From: Eledone cirrhosa
Taxonomy: Eukaryota
NCBI GenBank assembly: GCA_964016885.1
Contig: OZ024748.1
Span: 40,734,001-40,798,000, forward strand
DNA length: 64,000 bases
Reading direction: 5' to 3'
The first letter of the stretch is position 1, and every line of letters begins with the position of its first letter. Shown here piece after piece: positions 29,301-40,400 of the stretch. The notes beneath the pieces are model-generated. The model was not told the origin of the DNA, did no database searches, and saw nothing but the letters and a program-made list of their open reading frames with translations. The translations under genes were made by a program, and so were the position numbers.

Positions 29301-32300
29301 CCACACCATCCTTCAGGTGCTCCTTTCTAGACTGATTGGCACCACACCATCCTTCAGGTGCTCCTTTGTAGACTGATTGGCAGCACAACAACCTTCAGGT
29401 GCTCCTTTGTAGACTGATTGGCAGCACACCATCCTTCAGGTGCTCCTTTGTAGACTGATTGGCAGCACAACAACCTTCAGGTGCTCCTTTGTAGACTGAT
29501 TGGCAGCACACCATCCTTCAGGTGCTCCTTTGTAGACTGATTGGCAGCACAACAACCTTCAGGTGCTCCTTTGTAGACTGATTGGCACCACACCATCCTT
29601 CAGGTGCTCCTTTCTAGACTGATTGGCACCACACCATCCTTCAGGTGCTCCTTTGTAGACTGATTGGCAGCACACCATCCTTCAGGTGCTCCTTTCTAGA
29701 CTGATTGGCACCACACCATCCTTCAGGTGCTCCTTTGTAGACTGTTTGGCAGCACACCATCCTTCAGGTGCTCCTTTGTAGACTGATTGGCAGAACACCA
29801 TCCTTCAGGTGCTCCTTTGTAGACTGATTGGCTGCACACCATCCTTCAGGTGCTCCTTTGTAGACTGATTGGCAGCACACCATCCTTCAGGTGCTCCTTT
29901 GTAGACTGATTGGCAGCACACCATCCTTCAGGTGCTCATTTGTAGACTGATTGGCACCACACCATCCTTCAGGTGCTCCTTTCTAGACTGATTGGCACCA
30001 CACCTACCTTCAGGTGCTCCTTTGTAGACTGATTGGCAGCACACCATCCTTCAGGTGCTCCTTTGTAGACTGATTGGCACCACACCATCCTTCAGGTGCT
30101 CCTTTGTAGACTGATTGGCAGCACACCATCCTTCAGGTGCTCCTTTGTAGACTGATTGGCACCACACCATCCTTCAGGTGCTCCTTTGTAGACTGATTGG
30201 CAGCACACCTACCTTCAGGTGCTCCTTTGTAGACTGATTGGCACCACACCATCCTTCAGGTGCTCCTTTGTAGACTGATTGGCAGCACATCATCCTTCAG
30301 GTGCTCCTTTGTAGACTGATTGGCAGCACACCATCCTTCAGGTGCTCCTTTGTAGACTGATTGGCAGCACACCATCCTTCAGGTGCTCCTTTGTAGACTG
30401 ATTGGCAGCACACCAACCTTCAGGTGTTCCTTTGTAGACTGATTGGCAGCACACCAACCTTCAGGTGCTCCTTTGTAGACTGATTGGCAGCACACCAACC
30501 TTCAGGTGCCCCTTTGTAGACTGATTGGCAGCACACCAACCTTCAGGTGCTCCTTTGTAGACTGATTGGCACCACACCATCCTTCAGGTGCTCCTTTGTA
30601 GACTGATTGGCAGCACACCATCCTTCAGGTGCTCCTTTGTAGACTGATTGGCAGCACACCATCCTTCAGGTGCTCCTTTGTAGACTGATTGGCACCACAC
30701 CAACCTTCAGGTGCTCCTTTGTAGACTGATTGGCAGAACACCATCCTTCAGGTGCTCCTTTGTAGACTGATTGGCAGCACACCATCCTTCAGGTGCTCCT
30801 TTGTAGACTGATTGGCAGCACACCATCCTTCAGGTGCTCCTTTGTAGACTGATTGGCAGAACACCATCCTTCAGGTGCTCCTTTGTAGACTGATTGGCAC
30901 CACACCATCCTTCAGGTGCTCCGTTGTAGACTGATTGGCACCACAACAACCTTCAGGTGCTCCTTTGTAGACTGATTGGCACCACACCATCCTTCAGGTG
31001 CTCCGTTGTAGACTGATTGGCACCACAACAACCTTCAGGTGCTCCTTTGTAGACTGATTGGCACCACACCATCCTTCAGGTGCTCCTTTGTAGACTGATT
31101 GGCACCACACCAACCTTCAGGTGCTCCTTTGTAGACTGATTGGCAGAACACCAACCTTCAGGTGCTCCTTTGTAGTTTGATTGGCAGCACACCATCCTTC
31201 AGGTGCTCCTTTGTAGACTGATTGGCAGCACACCATCCTTCAGGTCCTGCTTTGTAGACTGATTGGCACCACACCAACCTTCAGGTGCTCCTTTGTAGAC
31301 TGATTGGCAGCACACCATCCTTCAGGTGCTCCTTTGTAGACTGATTGGCACCACTCCAACCTTCAGGTGCTCCTTTGTAGACTGATTGGCAGAACACCAT
31401 CCTTCAGGTGCTCCTTTGTAGACTGATTGGCAGCACACCATCCTTCAGGTGCTCCTTTGTAGACTGATTGGCAGCACACCATCCTTCAGGTGCTCCTTTG
31501 TAGACTGATTGGCACCACACCATCCTTCAGGTGCTCCTTTGTAGACTGATTGGCAGCACAACAACCTTCAGGTGCTCCTTTGTAGACTGATTGGCACCAC
31601 ACCATCCTTCAGGTGCTCCTTTGTAGACTGATTGGCACCACACCAACCTTCAGGTGCTCCGTTGTAGACTGATTGGCACCACACCATCCTTCAGGTCCTC
31701 CTTTGTAGACTGATTGGCAGCACACCATCCTTCAGGTGCTCCTTTGTAGACTGATTGGCAGCACACCAACCTTCAAGTGCTCCTTTGTAGACTGATTGGC
31801 AGCACACCATCCTTCAGGTGCTCCTTTGTAGACTGATTGGCAGAACATCATCCTTCAGGTGCTCCTTTGTAGACTGATTGGCAGCACACCATCCTTCAGG
31901 TGCTCCTTTGTAGACTGATTGGCAGCACACCATCCTTCAGGTGCTCCTTTGTAGACTGATTGGCAGAACACCATCCTTCAGGTGCTCCTTTGTAGACTGA
32001 TTGGCAGCACACCATCCTTCAGGTGCTCCTTTGTAGACTGATTGGCAGCACACCATCCTTCAGGTGCTTTTTTGTAGACTGATTGGCAGCACACCATCCT
32101 TCAGGTGCTCCTTTGTAGACTGATTGGCAGAACACCATCCTTCAGGTGCTCCTTTGTAGACTGATTGGCACCACACCAACCTTCAGGTGCTCCTTTGTAG
32201 ACTGATTGGCAGAACACCATCTTTCAGGTGCTCCTTTGTAGACTGATTGGCAGCACACCATCCTTCAGGTGCTCCTTTGTAGACTGATTGGCACCACACC

Positions 32301-34680
32301 ATCCTTCAGGTGCTCCTTTGTAGACTGATTGGCACCACACCATCCTTCAGGTCCTCCTTTGTAGACTGATTGGCAGCACACCAACCTTCAGGTGCTCCTT
32401 TGTAGACTGATTGGCACCACACCATCCTTCAGGTGCTCCTTTGTAGACTGATTGGCAGCACACCATCCTTCAGGTGCTCCTTTGTAGACTGATTGGCAGA
32501 ACACCTACCTTCAGGTGCTCCTTTGTAGACTGATTGGCAGCATACCAACCTTCAGGTGCTCCTTTGTAGACTGATTGGCAGCACACCATCCTTCAGGTGC
32601 TCCTTTGTAGACTGATTGGCAGCACACCAACCTTCAGGTGTTCCTTTGTAGACTGATTGGCAGCACACCATCCTTCAGGTGCTCCTTTGTAGACTGATTG
32701 GCAGCACACCAACCTTCAGGTGCTCCTTTGTAGACTGATTGGCAGCACACCAACCTTCAGGTGTTCCTTTGTAGACTGATTGGCAGCACACCAACCTTCA
32801 GGTGCTCCTTTGTAGACTGATTGGCAGCACACCAACCTTCAGGTGCTCCTTTGTAGACTGATTGGCAGCACACCAACCTTCAGGTGCTCCTTTGTAGACT
32901 GATTGGCAGCACACCAACCTTCAGGTGTTCCTTTGTAGACTGATTGGCAGCACACCAACCTTTAGGTGCTCCTTTGTAGACTGATTGGCAGCACACCAAC
33001 CTTCAGGTGCTCCTTTGTAGACTGATTGGCAGCACACCAACCTTCAGGTGCTCCTTTGTAGACTGATTGGCACCACAACAACCTTCAGGTGTTCCTTTGT
33101 AGACTGATTGGCAGCACACCAACCTTCAGGTGTTCCTTTGTAGACTGATTGGCAGCACACCATCCTTCAGGTGCTCCTTTGTAGACTGATTGGCAGCACA
33201 CCAACCTTCAGGTGCTCCTTTGTAGACTGATTGGCACCACACCATCCTTCAGGTGCTCCTTTCTAGACTGATTGGCACCACACCATCCTTCAGGTGCTCC
33301 TTTGTAGACTTATTGGCAGCACACCATCATTCAGGTGCTCCTTTGTAGACTGATTGGCACCACAACAACCTTCAGGTGCTCCTTTGTAGACTGATTGGCA
33401 GCACACCATCCTTCAGGTGCTCCTTTGTAGACTGATTGGCACCACAACAACCTTCAGGTGCTCCTTTGTAGACTGATTGGCACCACACCATCCTTCAGGT
33501 GCTCCTTTCTAGACTGATTGGCACCACACCATCCTTCAGGTGCTCCTTTGTAGACTGATTGGCAGCACAACAACCTTCAGGTGCTCCTTTGTAGACTGAT
33601 TGGCAGCACACCATCCTTCAGGTGCTCCTTTGTAGACTGATTGGCAGCACAACAACCTTCAGGTGCTCCTTTGTAGACTGATTGGCAGCACACCATCCTT
33701 CAGGTGCTCCTTTGTAGACTGATTGGCAGCACAACAACCTTCAGGTGCTCCTTTGTAGACTGATTGGCACCACACCATCCTTCAGGTGCTCCTTTCTAGA
33801 CTGATTGGCACCACACCATCCTTCAGGTGCTCCTTTGTAGACTGATTGGCAGCACACCATCCTTCAGGTGCTCCTTTCTAGACTGATTGGCACCACACCA
33901 TCCTTCAGGTGCTCCTTTGTAGACTGTTTGGCAGCACACCATCCTTCAGGTGCTCCTTTGTAGACTGATTGGCAGAACACCATCCTTCAGGTGCTCCTTT
34001 GTAGACTGATTGGCTGCACACCATCCTTCAGGTGCTCCTTTGTAGACTGATTGGCAGCACACCATCCTTCAGGTGCTCCTTTGTAGACTGATTGGCAGCA
34101 CACCATCCTTCAGGTGCTCATTTGTAGACTGATTGGCACCACACCATCCTTCAGGTGCTCCTTTCTAGACTGATTGGCACCACACCTACCTTCAGGTGCT
34201 CCTTTGTAGACTGATTGGCAGCACACCATCCTTCAGGTGCTCCTTTGTAGACTGATTGGCACCACACCATCCTTCAGGTGCTCCTTTGTAGACTGATTGG
34301 CAGCACACCATCCTTCAGGTGCTCCTTTGTAGACTGATTGGCACCACACCATCCTTCAGGTGCTCCTTTGTAGACTGATTGGCAGCACACCTACCTTCAG
34401 GTGCTCCTTTGTAGACTGATTGGCACCACACCATCCTTCAGGTGCTCCTTTGTAGACTGATTGGCAGCACATCATCCTTCAGGTGCTCCTTTGTAGACTG
34501 ATTGGCAGCACACCATCCTTCAGGTGCTCCTTTGTAGACTGATTGGCAGCACACCATCCTTCAGGTGCTCCTTTGTAGACTGATTGGCAGCACACCAACC
34601 TTCAGGTGTTCCTTTGTAGACTGATTGGCAGCACACCAACCTTCAGGTGCTCCTTTGTAGACTGATTGGCAGCACACCAA
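26340..34680. repeat. Higher-order tandem duplication in array A, about 4.14-4.18 kb (101-102 monomers), two copies, with a partial third at about 35640-37244
   Basis: GTAGTTTGAT occurs at 27031 and 31172 (offset 4141 = 101x41). The GCTG of GGCTGCAC lies at 29831, 34013 (offset 4182 = 102x41) and 37127. The GTGCCCC, GTCCTGC, CTTCAAGTG, GACTTATT and ACTGTTTGG variants recur in the same order. Confidence 0.9.
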
Positions 34681-37244
34681 CCTTCAGGTGCTCCTTTGTA
34701 GACTGATTGGCAGCACAACAACCTTCAGGTGCTCCTATGTAGACTGATTGGCACCACACCATCCTTCAGGTGCTCCTTTCTAGACTGATTGGCACCACAC
34801 CATCCTTCAGGTGCTCTTTTGTAGACTGATTGGCACCACAACAACCTTCAGGTCTCTTTGTAGACTGATTGGCACCACACCATCCTTCAGGTGCTCCTTT
34901 GTAGACTGATTGGCACCACAACAACCTTCAGGTGCTCCTTTGTTGACTGATTGGCACCACACCATCCTTCAGGTGCTCCTTTCTAGACTGATTGGCACCA
35001 CACCATCCTTCAGGTGCTCCTTTGTAGACTGATTGGCACCACAACAACCTTCAGGTGCTCCTTTGTAGACTGATTGGCAGCACACCATCCTTCAGGTGCT
35101 CCTTTGTAGACTGATTGGCACCACACCATCCTTCAGGTGCTCCTTTGTAGACTGATTGGCACCACAACAACCTTCAGGTGCTCCTTTGTAGACTGATTGG
35201 CACCACACCATCCTTCAGGTGCTCCTTTCTAGACTGATTGGCACCACAACAACCTTCAGGTGCTCCTTTGTAGACTGATTGGCACCACACCATCCTTCAG
35301 GTGCTCCTTTCTAGACTGATTGGCACCACACCATCCTTCAGGTGCTCCTTTGTAGACTGATTGGCACCACAACAACCTTCAGGTGCTCCTTTGTAGACTG
35401 ATTGGCACCACACCATCCTTCAGGTGCTCCTTTGTAGACTGATTGGCAGCACACCATCCTTCAGGTGCTCCTTTGTAGACTGATTGGCAGCACACCATCC
35501 TTCAGGTGCTCCTTTGTAGACTGATTGGCAGCACACCAACCTTCAGGTGCTCCTATGTAGACTGATTGGCAGCACACCTACCTTCAGGTGCTCCTTTGTA
35601 GACTGATTGGCAGCACACCAACCTTCAGGTGCTCCTTTGTAGACTGATTGGCAGCACACCATCCTTCAGGTGCTCCTTTGTAGACTGATTGGCAGCACAC
35701 CAACCTTCAGGTGTTCCTTTGTAGACTGATTGGCAGCACACCATCCTTCAGGTGCTCCTTTGTAGACTGATTGGCAGCACACCAACCTTCAGGTGCTCCT
35801 TTGTAGACTGATTGGCAGCACACCAACCTTCAGGTGTTCCTTTGTAGACTGATTGGCAGCACACCAACCTTCAGGTGCTCCTTTGTAGACTGATTGGCAG
35901 CACACCAACCTTCAGGTGCTCCTTTGTAGACTGATTGGCAGCACACCAACCTTCAGGTGCTCCTTTGTAGACTGATTGGCAGCACACCAACCTTCAGGTG
36001 TTCCTTTGTAGACTGATTGGCAGCACACCAACCTTCAGGTGCTCCTTTGTAGACTGATTGGCAGCACACCAACCTTCAGGTGCTCCTTTGTAGACTGATT
36101 GGCAGCACACCAACCTTCAGGTGCTCCTTTGTAGACTGATTGGCAGCACACCAACCTTCAGGTGCTCCTTTGTAGACTGATTGGCACCACAACAACCTTC
36201 AGGTGTTCCTTTGTAGACTGATTGGCAGCACACCAACCTTCAGGTGTTCCTTTGTAGACTGATTGGCAGCACACCATCCTTCAGGTGCTCCTTTGTAGAC
36301 TGATTGGCAGCACACCAACCTTCAGGTGCTCCTTTGTAGACTGATTGGCACCACACCATCCTTCAGGTGCTCCTTTCTAGACTGATTGGCACCACACCAT
36401 CCTTCAGGTGCTCCTTTGTAGACTTATTGGCAGCACACCATCATTCAGGTGCTCCTTTGTAGACTGATTGGCACCACAACAACCTTCAGGTGCTCCTTTG
36501 TAGACTGATTGGCACCACACCATCCTTCAGGTGCTCCTTTGTAGACTGATTGGCACCACAACAACCTTCAGGTGCTCCTTTGTAGACTGATTGGCACCAC
36601 ACCATCCTTCAGGTGCTCCTTTCTAGACTGATTGGCACCACACCATCCTTCAGGTGCTCCTTTGTAGACTGATTGGCAGCACAACAACCTTCAGGTGCTC
36701 CTTTGTAGACTGATTGGCAGCACACCATCCTTCAGGTGCTCCTTTGTAGACTGATTGGCAGCACAACAACCTTCAGGTGCTCCTTTGTAGACTGATTGGC
36801 AGCACACCATCCTTCAGGTGCTCCTTTGTAGACTGATTGGCAGCACAACAACCTTCAGGTGCTCCTTTGTAGACTGATTGGCACCACACCATCCTTCAGG
36901 TGCTCCTTTCTAGACTGATTGGCACCACACCATCCTTCAGGTGCTCCTTTGTAGACTGATTGGCAGCACACCATCCTTCAGGTGCTCCTTTCTAGACTGA
37001 TTGGCACCACACCATCCTTCAGGTGCTCCTTTGTAGACTGATTGGCAGCACACCATCCTTCAGGTGCTCCTTTGTAGACTGATTGGCAGAACACCATCCT
37101 TCAGGTGCTCCTTTGTAGACTGATTGGCTGCACACCATCCTTCAGGTGCTCCTTTGTAGACTGATTGGCAGCACACCATCCTTCAGGTGCTCCTTTGTAG
37201 ACTGATTGGAAGCACACCATCCTTCAGGTGCTCATTTATAGACT

Positions 37245-37444
37245 NNNNNNNNNNNNNNNNNNNNNNNNNNNNNNNNNNNNNNNNNNNNNNNNNNNNNNNN
37301 NNNNNNNNNNNNNNNNNNNNNNNNNNNNNNNNNNNNNNNNNNNNNNNNNNNNNNNNNNNNNNNNNNNNNNNNNNNNNNNNNNNNNNNNNNNNNNNNNNNN
37401 NNNNNNNNNNNNNNNNNNNNNNNNNNNNNNNNNNNNNNNNNNNN
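37245..37444. other. Assembly/scaffold gap (200 N)
   Basis: A run of exactly 200 N. The round length is typical of fixed-size placeholder gaps from scaffolding or curation, so the true distance is unknown. Confidence 0.98.
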
Positions 37445-40400
37445 TAACTTTCAAGCTAGATGGTGTTACTAACTTCCAAGCTAGATGGTGTTACTAACTT
37501 CCAAGCTAGATGGTGTTACTAACTTCAAAGCTAGATGGTGTTACTAACTTTCAAGCTAGATGGTGTTACTAACTTTCAAGCTAGATGGTGTTACTAACTT
37601 CCAAGCTAGATGGTGTTACTAACTTCCAAGCTAGATGGTGTTACTAACTTCCAAGCTAGATGGTGTTACTAACTTTCAAACTAGATGGTGTTACTAACTT
37701 TCAAGCTAGATGGTGTTACTAACTTTCAAGCTAGATGGTGTTACTAACTTCCAAGCTAGATGGTGTTACTAACTTCAAAGCTAGATGGTGTTACTAACTT
37801 TCAAGCTAGATGGTGTTACTAACTTCAAAGCTAGATGGTGTTACTAACTTCCAAGCTAGATGGTGTTACTAACTTTCAAACTAGATGGTGTTACTAACTT
37901 TCAAGGTAGATGGTGTTACTAACTTCCAAGCTAGATGGTGTTACTAACTTTCGAGCTAGATGGTGTTACTAACTTCCAAGCTAGATGGTGTTACTAACTT
38001 CAAAGCTAGATGGTGTTACTAACTTCAAAGCTAGATGGTGTTACTAACTTTCAAGCTAGATGGTGTTACTAACTTTCAAGCTAGATGGTGTTACTAACTT
38101 CCAAGCTAGATGGTGTTACTAACTTCAAAGCTAGATGGTGTTATTAACTTACAAGCTAGATGGTGTTACTAACTTCCAAGCTAGATGGTGTTACTAACTT
38201 CCAAGCTAGATAGTGTTACTAACTTTCAAGCTAGATGGTGTTACTAACTTTCAAGCTAGATGGTGTTACTAACTTCCAAGCTAGATGGTGTTACTAACTT
38301 TCAAGCTAGATGGTGTTACTAACTTCCACGCTAGATGGTGTTACTAACTTTCAAGCTAGATGGTGTTACTAACTTTCAAGCTAGATGGTGTTACTAACTT
38401 CCAAGCTAGATGGTGTTACTAACTTCAAAGCTAGATGGTGTTACTAACTTCAAAGCTAGATGGTGTTACTAACTTTCAAGCTAGATGGTGTTACTAACTT
38501 CAAAGCTAGATGGTGTTACTAACTTCCAAGCAAGATGGTGTTACTAACTTTCAAACTAGATGGTGTTACTAACTTTCAAGGTAGATGGTGTTACTAACTT
38601 CCAAGCTAGATGGTGTTACTAACTTTCGAGCTAGATGGTGTTACTAACTTCCAAGCTAGATGGTGTTACTAACTTCCAAGCTAGATGGTGTTACTAACTT
38701 TCAAGCTAAATGGTGTTACTAACTTTCAAGCTAGATGGTGTTACTAACTTCCAAGCTAGATGGTGTTACTAACTTCAAAGCTAGATGGTGTTATTAACTT
38801 CCAAGCTAGATGGTGTTACTAACTTCCAAGCTAGATGGTGTTACTAACTTCCAAGCTAGATAGTGTTACTAACTTTCAAGCTAGATGGTGTTACTAACTT
38901 TCAAGCTAGATGGTGTTACTAACTTCCAAGCTAGATGGTGTTACTAACTTTCAAGCTAGATGGTGTTACTAACTTTCAAGCTAGATGGTGTTACTAACTT
39001 TCAAGCTAGATGGTGTTACTAACTTTCAAGCTAGATGGTGTTACTAACTTTCAAGCTAGATGGTGTTACTAACTTCCAAGCTAGATGGTGTTACTAACTT
39101 CAAAGCTAGATGGTGTTATTAACTTCCAAGCTAGATGGTGTTACTAACTTCCAAGCTAGATGGTGTTACTAACTTCCAAGCTAGATAGTGTTACTAACTT
39201 TCAAGCTAGATGGTGTTACTAACTTTCAAGCTAGATGGTGTTACTAACTTTCAAGCTAGATGGTGTTACTAACTTCCAAGCTAGATGGTGTTACTAACTT
39301 CAAAGCTAGATGGTGTTATTAACTTCCAAGCTAGATGGTGTTACTAACTTCAAGGCTAGATGGTGTTACTAACTTCAAGGCTAGATGGTGTTACTAACTT
39401 TCAAGCTAGATGGTATTACTAACTTCAAAGCTAGATGGTGTTACTAACTTCAAAGCTAGATGGTGTTATTAACTTCCAAGCTAGATGGTGTTACTAACTT
39501 TCAAGCTAGATGGTGTTACTAACTTCCAAGCTAGATGGTGTTACTAACTTTCAAGCTAGATGGTGTTACTAACTTTCAAGCTAGATGGTGTTACTAACTT
39601 TCAAGCTAGATGGTGTTACTAACTTCCAAGCTAGATGGTGTTACTAACTTCAAAGCTAGATGGTGTTATTAACTTCCAAGCTAGATGGTGTTACTAACTT
39701 CAAAGCTAGATGGTGTTACTAACTTCAAAGCTAGATGGTGTTACTAACTTCCAAGCAAGATGGTGTTACTGACTTCCAAGCTAGATGGTGTTACTAACTA
39801 CCAAGCTAGATGGTGTTACTAACTTTCAAGCTAGATGGTGTTACTAACTTTCAAGCTAGATGGTGTTACTAACTTCCAAGCTAGATGGTGTTACTAACTT
39901 CCAAGCTAGATGGTGTTACTAACTTCCAAGCTAGATGGTGTTACTAACTTTAAGGCTAGATGGTGTTACTAACTTTCAAGGTAGATGGTGTTACTAACTT
40001 CCAAGCTAGATGGTGTTACTAACTTCAAGGCTAGATGGTGTTACTAACTTTCAAGCTAGATGGTGTTACTGACTTCCAAGCTAGATGGTGTTACTAACTT
40101 CCAAGCTAGATGGTGTTACTAACTTCCAAGCTAGATGGTGTTACTAACTTCAAGGCTAGATGGTGTTACTAACTTCAAGGCTAGATGATGTTACTAACTT
40201 TCAAGCTAGATGGTATTACTAACTTCCAAGCTAGATGGTGTTACTAACTTCAAAGCTAGATGGTGTTACTAACTTCAAAGCTAGATGGTGTTACTAACTT
40301 CAAAGCTAGATGGTGTTACTAACTTCAAAGCTAGATGGTGTTACTAACTTCAAAGCTAGATGGTGTTACTAACTTCAAAGCTAGATGGTGTTACTAACTT

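Larger units (their letters stand above)
1..37244. repeat. Satellite array A: 41-bp monomer GGTGCTCCTTTGTAGACTGATTGGCA[G/C][C/A]ACA[C/A]C[AT/AA/TA]CCTTCA, about 908 copies, open at the left window edge
   Basis: Read directly. The monomer starts at 1, 42, 83 and so on, and the phase 1+41k still holds at 34851 (850 x 41 = 34850). One 39-bp monomer follows, then 57 more monomers to 37226 and an 18-bp partial before the gap. I saw no non-repeat insertion or inversion. Confidence 0.99.

Noticed and set aside
1-37244. CRISPR-like reading of array A (constant ~32-bp repeat plus variable segment)
   Set aside because: The variable part is only about 9 bp with a handful of related alleles, not unique 25-45 bp spacers. 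There is no leader and no cas gene. Array B likewise has no spacers.
1-37244. Giant repetitive protein on the minus strand if TGA were recoded (only one stop per 41 codons)
   Set aside because: One stop in 41 codons is unremarkable by chance. The 41-bp period is not a multiple of three and variants show no 123-bp codon-level pattern. Nothing indicates an alternative genetic code.
37187-37497. Three ORFs of 72-89 aa spanning the gap
   Set aside because: They consist almost entirely of X residues translated from the N run, so they are artefacts.
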